Of a DNA stretch of 64,000 nt, positions 1 through 12,877 are shown piece after piece. The stretch lies in NCBI GenBank assembly GCA_020137815.1, contig CM035358.1:682001-746000 (forward strand). The letters run 5' to 3'. Each line of letters begins with the position of its first letter. The first letter of the stretch is position 1. Both the position numbers and the translations under genes were made by a program. Source of the DNA: Hormiphora californensis. Taxonomy: Eukaryota; Animalia; Ctenophora. The notes below the pieces were generated by a model. That model did not search any database, had not been told where the DNA came from, and saw only the letters and a list, made by a program, of their open reading frames with translations.

Positions 1-269
1 GTGGTATGAACGTTTCAAATCACGGATGAGCAATGATCCTGACTTTTGGAAAAAGTGACAGTTTTATTTATCACACGTCGTAACTTATTTATTTTGTAAT
101 CTCTTTTTTTGAAGAATCACGGTTTTCCTATTTTCGGTACCCCATCTCTCAGTTCTCACCTTCCCCTATAATATTCCACTGTTGATCTACCAGCCATTTC
201 TTTAATTAACTAATTAACTAATTAACTAATTAACTAATGATACTAATGATATTGTAGCCCCTGTAGAAG

Positions 270-2968
270 ATGGGCTCACGTACGGAACCTCCTGATAAAG
301 ATTACTCCTATCCCCTACTGCAATGATATCTCAAAGTACGAGAAGATCTTCAAAATAGGACAGGGAACTTTCGGAGAAGTCTTCAAAGCTCGGGAAAATG
401 TAAGTAGAAGAATAACAGTGAACACGCCCCCTCAGCTCCATCCTGCCCCGTTATTAAACAATTTGGCAAGCTTGTAAGGATGGTTCATATTTTACTAAGT
501 TTTATCTCCTATTTGTAGTGTCAGGGAGGGAAGGTAGTTGCACTCAAGAAGATTCTTATGGAGAATGAGCAAGAGGGGTTCCCAATCACCGCACTCAGAG
601 AGATCAAGATCTTACAGTTATTAAGGACATGAGAATATCGTTACACTATACGTGAAGTACTAATTTAGAGCAAAAACTAATTGAAATTAGTTCGCCAGAA
701 AGGTGGCCCATTTTGAACTTACTCCTTCATTTCTGTCACCTTTGAGTTGAGTCTTCAAAGACATTGAGGTATCCGTAAACTTTTCCGCCTTAAACTCAAA
801 GGTGACGGAAATGAAGGAGTAAGTTCAAAATGGGCCACCTTTCTGGCGAACTAATTTCAATTAGTTTTTGCTCTAAATTTGTACTCTTTTTTGGTCGTTT
901 GAGGTCATTTATGACCTCAAACAACTAAGATAATTGTCAACTAAAGTGTTCAAATGTAATTCAAATGTATCCTGGGTTGTAGAAAACTGATTTGACGAAA
1001 TTTTCAAAATTCGACGTCGTTTTGACGTCGTGACGTCACATGTGACGTCACGACGACGTAAAAAATTATGGCAGACTATTTGGCCAATGAAGCACTAAAC
1101 GTGTGAAAAGTTTTAAAGGCCATGGTAGTCAAGAACTGAAGTTATTGCACGAAATATGAGTTTTTTCGTGGATTTTCACATCAAATTTTTGAGTTCCGAC
1201 GCGTTTTAAGGTCTAAAAATGACAAGTTAGAGAAATTCGCTATATAGTATCTGAAAGTTCAGACAATTTGCCACTAACGATTTTCCGTCAAATCAGGAAT
1301 CAGAATACGTCTTGAGGGTGTTAGAGGCGTTTGAAAATATTTGGTCTGAGATTTTTCAATGACGTCACTTTGTGACGTCACTACGGTCGTCATAGTGGCT
1401 ATTTTCACTTGAAACCTTAACTAATGCATGCCCCGAACGATTTCCTAACGGATAAAACTTGGTTCAAGTCTCTAACTAGTATGGTTCGGGCTACAAGTGT
1501 TACACAGTGAAGCGTCTATATCTATATATCTATATATCTATCTATCTATCTATCTATCTATTAAGTCATGGAAATGTTGTCAAAAACTGCCCGAACCTAG
1601 AAATCATTAGGGGCAAGCTAATTTTTGCACAATCCGATAGTCAATAGGCCCCTGAACCACCAAAAAAAAGTCCCAAGCCCAACTCCTGGGGGAAGTGCCC
1701 CTAATTGGCCCTAATTGATTACAGTGTATTTGTAACCATCAATTAAATCGTAAATCGTCTTAGGAAAGGAGTAGAGGGAAAACCAAGGGCACTAAAGTGT
1801 TCAGCGTCCTCGCATTAGTGGGGGTAGGTGCTGGAATTAAGTCTCTATCTCATCTGGTTAATTAGATAATTGGATAATTAGGTTTGCACAGAGCCGTTTT
1901 TTGGCTACATGGCTATAGCCACTTAGGAAAAGAGTAGAGACAAAACCGAGGGCACTAAAATGATCAGCGTCCTCGAATTAGTGGGGGTAGGTGCTAAAAT
2001 TAAGTCTATCTCATCTGGTTAATTAGATAATTGGATAATTAGATCCGCACATAGCCGTTTTTGGCCACATGGCTATAGCCACTTGGGAATGGTTTAGAGA
2101 CTTTTCACTGGTGCCATTTTGTAGGCAATGGCTAAGTTATGGGGGGTCGTGGTCGGACTTTTAAGCTCTATCTCAAACCGTTTAGCCGTTATTTGGATTC
2201 AAAGGTGCTGAAAATGAGCAAAAAATGGTAAAAAGTACGATTTTGAGCCTCTTTGTGGATCTTTGAATCCAAATAACGGCTAAACGGTTTGAGATAGAGC
2301 TTAAAAGTCCGACCACGACCCCCCATAACTTAGCCATTGCCTACAAAATGGCACCAGTGAAAAGTCTCTAAACCATTCCCAAGTGGCTATAGCCATGTGG
2401 CCAAAAACGGCTATGTGCGGATCTAATTATCCAATTATCTAATTAACCAGATGAGATAGACTTAATTTTAGCACCTACCCCCACTAATTCGAGGACGCTG
2501 ATCATTTTAGTGCCCTCGGTTTTGTCTCTACTCTTTTCCTAAGTGGCTATAGCCATGTAGCCAAAAAACGGCTCTGTGCAAACCTAATTATCCAATTATC
2601 TAATTAACCAGATGAGATAGAGACTTAATTCCAGCACCTACCCCCACTAATGCGAGGACGCTGAACACTTTAGTGCCCTTGGTTTTCCCTCTACTCCTTT
2701 CCTAAGACGATTTACGATTTAATTGATGGTTACAAATACACTGTAATCAATTAGGGCCAATTAGGGGCACTTCCCCCAGGAGTTGGGCTTGGGACTTTTT
2801 TTTGGTGGTTCAGGGGCCTATTGACTATCGGATTGTGCAAAAATTAGCTTGCCCCTAATGATTTCTTGGTTCTAACAAGAATTCCATGAATTATATATAT
2901 ATACCTACTAGAAAGCCCGTTGGCTGGACCCCGTTGATGTCTCTCTCTCCCTCTCTCTTCCCCCCCTC

Positions 2969-3046
<78 letters not shown>

Positions 3047-3190
3047 CCATTCTCTCACTTCATCTCTTCATCATATCCTTTCTCTATCTCTCTCTGTCCC
3101 TCTATCTCTCTTTCCCTCTATCTCTCTATCTCTCGCTCTATCTAGCTCGCTGTCCCTCTGTATCTCTATCTTTCTCGCTCCATCTCTCTC

Positions 3191-3274
<84 letters not shown>

Positions 3275-6200
3275 AGCTCTCTCCCTCTCTATCTCTCTTT
3301 GTCTCTATCTCTACCTCTCTCACCCACTCTCTCTCTCACCCTCTTACTCCATCATGTCGGGCTGAAGAATATGGAGGTTGGTAGAGTGGTAGAGATCGTG
3401 ATGAACATCAAGGGTCATCGTTAGATGGCTGCTTGAAACGTGTCGAATTAGGTGATAAACATCCGTAGAATTGTAGCTGTGTAGAGTAGTTAAGGGTACG
3501 CTAACCAAAAATTTTTTTCGAGTGCAGGGAAATCTCTCACCGTAGGGTTGTAGGCCATACCAAGGAGACCTCAAATATGCAATTTTAGCCCTTAAGTCGA
3601 ATTCATATTTTTGCTACAGCTGTTTAAAAAATGTCCTGTAAATACGTTTTTGGCATCTCAAAAATTTTTTTCTAAAGATAGGAGCATGAAAATTTGGGGA
3701 TTTGAAGAGGACATAAAGGTGAATAACCACAAAAATTTTTTTCGCAATCCGAGCTGATTTCCGGTCCTGAGATGGATTTCTTTTTTTCCACTTTAACGCC
3801 CTATTTGGCAAAGTTCCGAAAACATGTGAAAGCTGTAAATTGGTGAAAAGTTGCGTCTAACGATTATCTAAGTGGCCATAAATTTTGGGCGTGTCCTTAT
3901 TTGAGATAAGCTGTACAGAGTTTTTTTTGTGAAAGCCGTCATTTCAGAAATAAATTAATTCCCTGTATCTCAAAAACGACTGATCGTAGAGACCTGAGAC
4001 TATGCTTAAACGATTCAGAAGGTCCGATTTTGGGGGGGTCTTCTGAGAGACATTTTGCTCCTACTTCAACCGTTTTTGCTGTAATTGCGAAAAACAAATT
4101 CTATGAAAAGGGCAAAAGCTAAACTCCAATATCCTGTAATTAGGGAATTTTAGCTAAGAAAGGACCGAAACTATGGAAAAGTGTGTAACAAGCTAATTCC
4201 TTCACTATTTGGTCCATATGGGTCCCTATAATCACCAAAAACAAAATCACAAAAAATCCACGATGGCGAAGATGGGTTTTTGTTTTTCGCAATTACAGCA
4301 AAAACGGTTGAAGTAGGAGCAAAATGTCTCTCAGAAGACCCCCCCAAAATCGGACCTTCTGAATCGTTTAAGCATAGTCTCAGGTCTCTACGATCAGTCG
4401 TTTTTGAGATACAGGGAATTAATTTATTTCTGAAATGACGGCTTTCACAAAAAATACTCTGTACAGCTTATCTCAAAAAAGGACACGCCCAAAATTTATG
4501 GCCACTTAGATAATCGTTAGACGCAACTTTTCACCAATTTACAGCTTTCACATGTTTTCGGAACTTTGCCAAATAGGGCGTTAAAGTGGAAAAAAAGAAA
4601 TCCATCTCAGGACCGGAAATCAGCTCGGATTGCGAAAAATTTTTTTGTGGTTATTCACCTTCATGTCCTCTTCAAATCCCCAAATTTTCATGCTCCTATC
4701 TTTAGAAAAAAAATTTTGAGATGCCAAAAACGTATTTACAGAACATTTTTTAAACAGCTGTAGCAAAAATATGAATTCGACTTAAGGGCTAAAATTGCAT
4801 ATTTGAGGTCTCCTTGGTATGGCCTACAACCCTACGGTGAGAGATTTCCCTGCACTCGAAAAAAATTTTTGGTTAGCGTACCCTTAACGGGGGTACGTAG
4901 GTAGAAACGCTTTGGTATTCATCGGGGCCGAAGCAGTAGATGGCAAAACACCGCAGGAACACGCAACAAACAACCAACAACATGCACGTGCAGTATTCAC
5001 ACCCTTGCCCACCAACCATAACAACCCCTTGATTCGCACGGGCAAATGGGCAAATTGTTGCACGCTAGTGTTGCAAGCTAGGATACTCCATCATCACGCC
5101 ACTCATTTGTACTTTATAATATAGATCGCCACACTGAATTTTCTGTTTTGGGGGTGGTGTCATAACTTGCGACCGGACTGAGCTAGCTACTTCAAATTTT
5201 TACCGTCAGTAGAGGTCTATGTGGAGCTTCTTAGTACCAAATTTCAGCCTCCTAGCTCATCTGGTTCCTGAGTTAGGAGGGGTCGAAAAGTGCCAAAATG
5301 GGCTAAAACTTCAAAATTGTTATATCTACGCTGTTGGCAAGCGGGCCCACTTTTTCGGGAAAAGTTTTTGGGGGGATGGGATGGGGCCACCTTTGCGCTT
5401 GCCAGCGCAGTGATTTCTCTTGAAACAACTACACGAAACCGACCAATCAATCACACTTGAGAACTTGTTGTAAACAAGCAGTCCACAATGCTTTCAATCG
5501 TCTTTTTCACCAGGAAATCTGTAGGAGCAAATCTCAAGCAAAACGGAAGTTTAAACCCAGTATTTATCTTGTGTTTGAGTTTTGTGAACACGATTTGGCG
5601 GGACTGTTGAAAAATCCAGAGGTCAAATTCTCGGCTCCAGAGAAAAAGAAGATAGCAAATCAGTTATTTACCGGACTACATTACATCCATAAAAACAAGG
5701 TAGAATGTTTTCTTGATGTTGATATTTTATCCATTTCAATGTTATGTTGTATCCGGAAGTCTGAAGATGAGGAGTGTTGCTGCTACAGTGAGATCAGAGA
5801 ACAGAGAAACTTGTCTACAACTTTTACCTCTATCACTCGTTAAGTGCGCGTTTTGGCAGTGGAAGGTATCTGCGCGCGTTATTGTTAGTATTTGCCCCAC
5901 GTACTCTACATCTTCCCGCATTTCTCTAACATCTTGTTCTCTCAGATCCTCCATCGAGATATGAAAACAGCTAACATCCTGATAACGAGAAATGGTGTCC
6001 TAAAATTGGCTGATTTTGGACTTGCCAGAGCGTTCAGTTCCACTAACAGACGTTACACTAACCGTGTAGTTACACTATGGTAGGTCCACTTTCTAAACTT
6101 GTCTCATCTTGACCCTCTCTCACACATCTAACTCCAATCTATCATCAGGTACCGGCCTCCAGAGTTGATCCTGGGAGAGAAGGAGTATGGCCCTGAGGTA

Positions 6201-6786
6201 GATATCTGGGGTGCTGGGTGTATTGTAGCTGAGCTGTGGACTGAGGCACCTCTTATGCAGGTACATTATCGTAGATTTAGTAGGAGGAATTAGTGGAGGA
6301 ATTAGTGTTTATATCCAATGTTAATTTAGCTGATATTCACAACACACACACCGGTTTATTTATCTCTATACCTTGCAGGGTAACACTGAGCAAGAACAGT
6401 TGAACCTGATCTGTAACCTGTGTGGATCCATCACCCCCGAAGTATGGCCAAGTGTTCGGAAGTTTGATCTCTTTAAAAAGATGAACCTCCCTGAAAACAA
6501 GAACAGAAAGATCAAGGAGCGACTCAGGCTATTTGTTAGGGACAACTATGCCCTGGACCTTCTTGACAAGTTGTTTATCCTGGACCCAGCCAAGAGAATC
6601 AATAGTGAGGATGCTCTAGATCATGATTTCTTTTGGAATGATCCCATGCCTGCTAATGATCTATCTGCCGCGATGGGAGAGTTGATAACCAGTAATTTTG
6701 ATATGTTTAGTAGTAGGCAAGGGAGGCAGGGTAGACATGGGAAGGTAGGAGGCACTGCTAATGTGACTCATTCCAAAGTGTTTTAA
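270..6786 (+). CDS. CDK9: Cyclin-dependent kinase 9; 6 exons (approx. 270-399, 519-651, 5514-5699, 5946-6079, 6149-6260, 6379-6786)
   Basis: Exons translate to [90 protein letters not shown] and ALDHDFFW, with GT-AG boundaries. PITALRE is the CDK9 signature. Two apparent +1 insertions at 312-315 and 625-626. Confidence 0.93.
656..885. mobile_element. Small foldback/MITE at the start of CDK9 intron 2
   Basis: About 93-bp near-perfect inverted arms (AGTACTAATTTAGAGC.../...GCTCTAAATTTGTACT) around a ~45-bp spacer. Confidence 0.75.
1593..2872. mobile_element. Large foldback element (arms ~610 bp, spacer ~56 bp)
   Basis: 1593-2204 is the near-exact reverse complement of 2261-2872. Internal blocks are shared with the foldback at 9340-10287. 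Confidence 0.85.
2940..3340. repeat. (CT)n microsatellite tract; similar tracts near 12136, 12818, 39790, 50337, 51240, 51853, 52695, 58199
   Basis: Direct CT/GA dinucleotide runs; source of the spurious poly-SL and poly-ER ORFs. Confidence 0.95.
3494..4883. mobile_element. Non-autonomous foldback transposon, TTAA-flanked, GG..CC termini (Kolobok-like)
   Basis: TTAA|GGGTACGCTAACC...GGTTAGCGTACCC|TTAA; ~605-bp arms and ~180-bp spacer. The duplicated ORFs at 3614-3811 and 4566-4763 simply reflect the two arms. Confidence 0.8.
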
Positions 6787-6885
6787 CTGTATCACACGAC
6801 CCCTTTCTAACAAGAGAGAATATCAGACGAGACGCAGCTATTTTATAACATATATCCATTTTTATTGAATCGTTTATTGACTAAG

Positions 6886-7075
6886 CCTCCTCTCTCTGTA
6901 TTTCCCCAGCCTCCTCTCTGTATTTCCCCAGCCTCCTCTCTGTATTTCCCCAGCCTCCTCTCTGTATTTACCCACCCTCCTCTCTGTATTTACCCACCCT
7001 CCTCTCTGTATTTACCCACCCTCCTCTCTGTATTTACCCACCCCCCTCTCTGTATTTACCCACCTCTCTCTGTTT
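6886..7075 (+). repeat. 22-bp minisatellite (CCTCCTCTCTGTATTTACCCAC) ending in the AG just before the PCBD ATG
   Basis: About 8 tandem copies; the array runs into CTCTCTCTGTTTTATAG|CACATG. Confidence 0.9.
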
Positions 7076-7083
7076 TATAGCAC

Positions 7084-7485
7084 ATGTCGCTCACCAGACT
7101 CCTCCTAAGAACTCTCCCCTCCTCAACCACCCTCACTATTCGTCCCCTCACTTCTGTTACAGCCACTATGTCCGCTGCCAAGATAGCTAAACTGTCCGAA
7201 GAAGAGCGAACTGTGGACCTAAAGCCCGTCCTGGAGGCTGGCTGGGCAACAACTGAGGGTAGAGATGCTATCAAGAAAGAATTCCTGTTCCGGGATTTTA
7301 ACGAAGCCTTTGGTTTCATGTCCCGAGTTGCTCTTAGAGCTGACAAAGTGGATCACCATCCGGAGTGGTTCAATGTATACAACAGGGTGGAGATCACTCT
7401 GTCTACTCATGATTGTGGTGGTGTCTCCTCCAGGGATATTGACCTGGCCAAGTTTATTGATGAAGCAGCTGCTAAGATGAAATAG
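7084..7485 (+). CDS. PCBD: Pterin-4a-carbinolamine dehydratase with a probable mitochondrial presequence, single exon
   Basis: [68 protein letters not shown]. The N-terminus is R/S/T/L-rich and lacks acidic residues. Confidence 0.95.
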   Translation: MSLTRLLLRTLPSSTTLTIRPLTSVTATMSAAKIAKLSEEERTVDLKPVLEAGWATTEGRDAIKKEFLFRDFNEAFGFMSRVALRADKVDHHPEWFNVYNRVEITLSTHDCGGVSSRDIDLAKFIDEAAAKMK

Positions 7486-7659
7486 GTGGTCAATTAAATT
7501 AGGTATCATGGGTAGAACAATTGGGTTTTGTGAGATGTTTTGAACAATGTTTGTAAATTATGCACTTTTTATCTTTACCAGTTTTTCAGTCCACTTGAAT
7601 AGTATCCCTTTCTCCAACTATCCTTAACTCCCCTCAATATATAGCATGATGGTCTGATA

Positions 7660-10600
7660 ATGCCGCGTAAGGGTGGTGGTGATGGGGGTAAGAACCCCCT
7701 GGCTGAGATGTTTGGGGTTAATATGCCACCTGAACCTGATGAGGCAAGCCTTCTCGCTGAGCTACAGGCATTAGAGGTTCGTACCACTTTGATATTTCAG
7801 TCAAACCCACGATTAACTGTACATTTACCTGATGAGTCAAGTATTTCAAGGTTTGAGTGTAAATACTCAGTCTACTCACACTCTATATTTCAGGGAGGAC
7901 CCCCACAGCGACCTGCCCGGGCAGCAGGGGGCAGGAAACCAGATAAGAACATGTCCCTGGACGCCATCCTGAAACAAAGCGAAGCATTGATCAACGATGA
8001 AGATCTAGGTAATAGTTCTTTAGCCACCTCCCTATCCCCTCCTGTCTTGTACAAAGCTGCCGCAGGATCAGTAATATATCTCTCTACCCACAGATGATGA
8101 TGCAGATGAGAATGATCAAGATCTAATGGATGAACTGGGGGATCTTCTGGGGGAGGGGGACATGGACGAGCTGGCAGATATCATGGGCTCATCTCCACCT
8201 CCTGCTGCACCTGTTGCCAGGCAACCTGAACCTGTTGCTAGGCAACCTGCACCTGTTGCTAGGCAACCTGCACCTGCACCCCCTAGACAGACATCCCAAC
8301 AGGTATCACAGTAACCAATGATAGTCACAGTATATCTGTTTTATAACACTCTCTAAAAGCATAATATTCTTCAGTCAGGAGGATCAGCACTGGAGGTTGC
8401 TACGGACCGGCTCAATGTGTATCAACAAGTGTTAGCACGGAGCAAGGCACAGGGGGAGACCTCTAAAGCTCGGCGTTATGACCGAGTTGTAAAGCAATGC
8501 GAAACAGGTATGAGGTATTGAGAGAGGGTGTTGTTGAGTAGGGGCGGGGCCGGGAGTTGTTTCGGGAGGGGGCTAGGGAGTATTTTTAGTTTAGTCATGA
8601 TTACGCCGAATGGTATTAAAGTGAGAGTGGACCGAATCAGAATTGGACAAGTTTGTTGTAGGTAGTAGAGATTAGCTTTCTGAGCATTTTGCATTTTTGC
8701 CGCTCAAAATCGACCCACCCATCACTGAGATATTATTGTTATGTTGGGAGAATTTCTGCTGGATCAATATTTATCAAACAGGATAGAAACAATCCTTGTG
8801 TTTTACTAACACATTCTTTAAATTTTTAATATGCTGGCTTGCATTGCCCTGCTTCTGTACATGGACATGACAACCTCACTGCTTATATTCAGAATGTGTT
8901 AGTAAAACACCACGATTGTTTCTTTTCTGTTTTATACATACTGATTAAACAGGAGTTCTCCCAACATAACAAAAATATCTCAGTGATGGGTGGGTCGATT
9001 TTGAGCGGCAAAAACGCAAAATGCTCAGAAAGCTAATCTCTACTACCTACAACAAACTTGTCCAATTCTGATTCGGTCCACTCTCACTTTAAGATCTTCC
9101 TCCCTCTCTCTAGCCATCAAGACGTTAAAAGCGGGCCGTCCCTACGACATCTCGACCCTACCTGAGGTACCGCCAGGTTTCAACCCCTCAGCTACTAAAC
9201 CACCTGCACCTGCTGCTCCTGAACCTGCTCCACCGTTAATTGATTTAACACCTGCAGAGCCGGTTGAGAAGGTACTACATCTAGAAACTAAATTGTCTCT
9301 TACTCTCTCTAGTTAGGCAGTACTAATGATGAAAGGGCCAAATCTTGGACAAAATTTGTAACAAGCTAATTTCTTCACCAACCGGCTCAGATGGGTGTCT
9401 AGTAATGCCAAAAAAAAATCAATGATGATCGGGAGCGCGCACGCTCCGTAGCGCGCGAAAATGTTTCACGTGCATTTCTAGCTTAGAACAAAAAATGAAA
9501 ACCAACTTAGGAAAGGAGTAGAGACAAATCTGAGGGCACTAAAATGTGTGGCGTCCTCGCATTAGTGGGGGTAGGTGCCGGAATTAAGTCTCTATCTCAT
9601 CTGGTTAATTAGATAATTGGATAATTAGGTTTGTGCATAACCGTTTTTTGGCTATACGGCTATAGCCACTTAGGAATGGTTTAGAGACTTTTCACTGGTG
9701 CCATTTTGTTCAGAACAAAATTTTAATTGAAGAGTTGTGGAAAAATTTAGGGCCTATCTCTTACCGTTTAGGCGTAATTTGCGGTGAAAGGAAGCCAATT
9801 AACTCATTTTTTCGCATTTTCGACTAATTTGGCATCCCTTCAGCGCAAATTACGCCTAAACGGTAAGAGATAGGCCCTAAATTTTTCAACAACTCTTAGA
9901 TTAAAATTTTGTTCTGAACAAAATGGCACCAGTGAAAAGTCTCTAAACCATTCCTAAGTGGCTATAGCCGTATAGCCAAAAAACGGTTATGCGCAAACCT
10001 AATTATCCAATTATCTAATTAACCAGATGAGATAGAGACTTAATTCCGGCACCTACCCCCACTAATGCGAGGACGCTACACATTTTAGTGCCCTCAGATT
10101 TGTCTCTACTCCTTTCCTAAGTTGGTTTTCATTTTTTGTTCTAAGCTAGAAATGCACGTGAAGCATTTTCACGCGCTACGGAGCGTGCGCGCTCCCGATC
10201 ATCATTGATTTTTTTTTGGCATTACTAGACACCCATCTGAGCCAGTTGGTGAAGAAATTAGCTTGTTACAAATTTTGTCCAAGATTTTCACCAATACTCC
10301 CTAATTACTCCCTCTCTATCCCTCTGGTTTGATCACGTTCATCCTACTCAGGAGATGAATACAGGGAGAGCACCAGTTAACCTGGTAGATCTTATCAACA
10401 ATGTGGAACAGAACCAAGAGGCAAAGGCAGCAGATCATGTATGTGTTCCCTAGACCCTCACTATAGCCCTAAATATCAGCCCTACATAATTAGTGCCGAT
10501 CAGTTCAACCTACACCTTGTACTAAATATCAATGTCTCCAGGTATCATCTCTATATAATATATCATCAATGTCTCCAGGTATCATCTCTATTGAAGGAAC

Positions 10601-12137
10601 GTGGTGGAAAGTATAGACAGACAGCCCTCATACTTCACAAACAGGGCCGTGCTGCAGAGGCTAAAGAGCTCCTAGCCATCAGTAAACAATTCGAGGTAGG
10701 GGTTCAATGTATACAATTGGAACTATGTACTACATAGAGTGTATACTATATTTGTTATACATTTCTCCACTATGCACAGGGTGTACTGAATGCATATCTA
10801 CTTGGTGACGATGTAGATCTCAGTGTGGTACCCCCCGATCCAGCTGATTACATGGCACAGAAAGCACAGGAATCACAGCAGCAAGGTAAGCAACTAACTG
10901 CACAGTCATAATCTAAAATCATCTAGTTAGTTACTTTCCAACCTGTAACTAATGTACCCACTGTAACACTAAACACCCCTCAGCAGCCCCACCAGTACAA
11001 GCGGCCCCACCATCCCCCGCCTCACCGCGACACCAACCAGCTGGAGTGGCCCATGACGAACAAGGGACACTAGTCGCTCTTAGTTTCCGACTGGATGCTT
11101 TCAAGAAACAGGTTATTTAGGAAGTGATTTTAATATATCCTTCTGTTGCTAATTTCCAAACTTCCTCTCAGCAAGAGAAAGCAAAAGAGGAGGGTAACGG
11201 CAGTAAAGCTAGACGGCTCGGTCGGGTCATTACGTCATGTGAAGACTGCATAAAGAAAGTGAAACTGAAACGGCCGGTAGATTTCTCTGTGCTCCCTGAT
11301 CTCCCTGGTGCTGATCCCATCCCCCTACCACCCTACATGGGATCACCTCAACAACAACAACCTGCTGCTGCCCAACCTGCTGCTGCTGCCCAACAACAAC
11401 CAGTACAACAACGAGCTGCTGCCCAACCACCAGTGTCACCACAACCAGGGCCATCCCAACCACCTAGTGGAGGAGGTAATTAGACTGGCCTTGTTTAACA
11501 TGGTCCACCACATCCTAACATGTCGACCTGTTAAAAACAATACATCTTTAACATCCCAACTCCCAACCAGATACACTGGCACAGTTGCACCAAAGGATTG
11601 TGTTCCTTACTACCGCAGCAGAGAAAGCCAAGGAATCTGGAGACAACAGTAAGGTAATGTGACGTGTTGTCAGTAGGGGTCCAGGGGGTTAGTCGCTGGA
11701 GTTATGGGGATAGGGGTTCAGGTTTGAAAAGGGAGTTTCTTGAAGAATATGAATGATAGAGGGGTAGTTAGTGACTTTGATTTCACAGTATTATACAACA
11801 CTTTCTAAAAGAAGAACTTTTATATTTGAAGCCTTGAAAAGCGGGAATACTGGAAGAACTCGCGCATGTAACTGTGTTAAAACCAACAAAGGTCTAGCTT
11901 GGCAAGGTTTCACTTGTTTTGTTCAACCCCTTTTTATGGCGAATGGCAGTCTAGCTTGGCAAGGTTTCACACCCATTTTGCAGTCATTATGTTGTTGTTG
12001 GTTACGAAGTCACCCTTATTATGTTCTTGCGCCCTGTTCCTTTTTATCGGCCTGGAAGTTAGTTAGAAGACAGGTATAAATATATTACATAAAATGCAAC
12101 CATTCCATTCCCCAGAGTAACCTTCAACGTCATCATC

Positions 12138-12229
<92 letters not shown>

Positions 12230-12815
12230 TTCTCTCTCTCTCTATCTCTCTTTCTCTCCCGAACCCTTACCGAAAATCGCATGACTCATTTAGTTTGACA
12301 TATGTCACGGTGTCAACATTTGCTATCTCTTTTCTCACCAACACACATTTTACAGTTCGAAACTTTCTGAAAATGAACTATAGCGGAAGCAAATCGTTTA
12401 ATGGTTTGTGGCTATAATAATTCGGTATATATTAAGAGACCTGTCATTATCTTTTAGTGTCTACCACCACATATCATAGTTGAAAAGTTACTAAAAGTTG
12501 TCTCCAGGAAGAAGGCATTTGTGTCGCTTATCTCTTTCTATAGCTATCCTTTCTATAGCTAAACGTCATGTTCTATTCGTGCTCTATTGTGCATACCGTG
12601 CACCACCTTACTACTAGTAGAACTAGTAGAACTAATAGAACTAAAGGGGAGAGCCCTATTATTTTCCTTAGCATTACCTCTCTCTCCCTCTGCTTTCCTT
12701 CTCTTGTGTTCCTTAGCTTGCAACCGTTCTTTTGTTTTGTTATTACTGGTTGCCTACCTGCGTCTATGTTCTGTGCTCAGATCTTTTCTTCTCAAATCAG
12801 CCCAATATTCCACGT

Positions 12816-12877
<62 letters not shown>

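Noticed and set aside
270-651. CDK9 as a pseudogene or programmed frameshift
   Set aside because: All kinase motifs and splice sites are intact; single-base homopolymer insertions are better explained by consensus error.
2844-3365. Poly-SL / poly-ER ORFs here and near 12568, 39767, 49356, 51126, 51802, 52526, 58072
   Set aside because: Translations of (CT)n/(GA)n microsatellites.
3614-4763. Pair of near-identical 65-aa ORFs (also 45256/56985 and 46530/46697)
   Set aside because: They arise from repeat arms or copies, use non-ATG starts and show no protein motifs.
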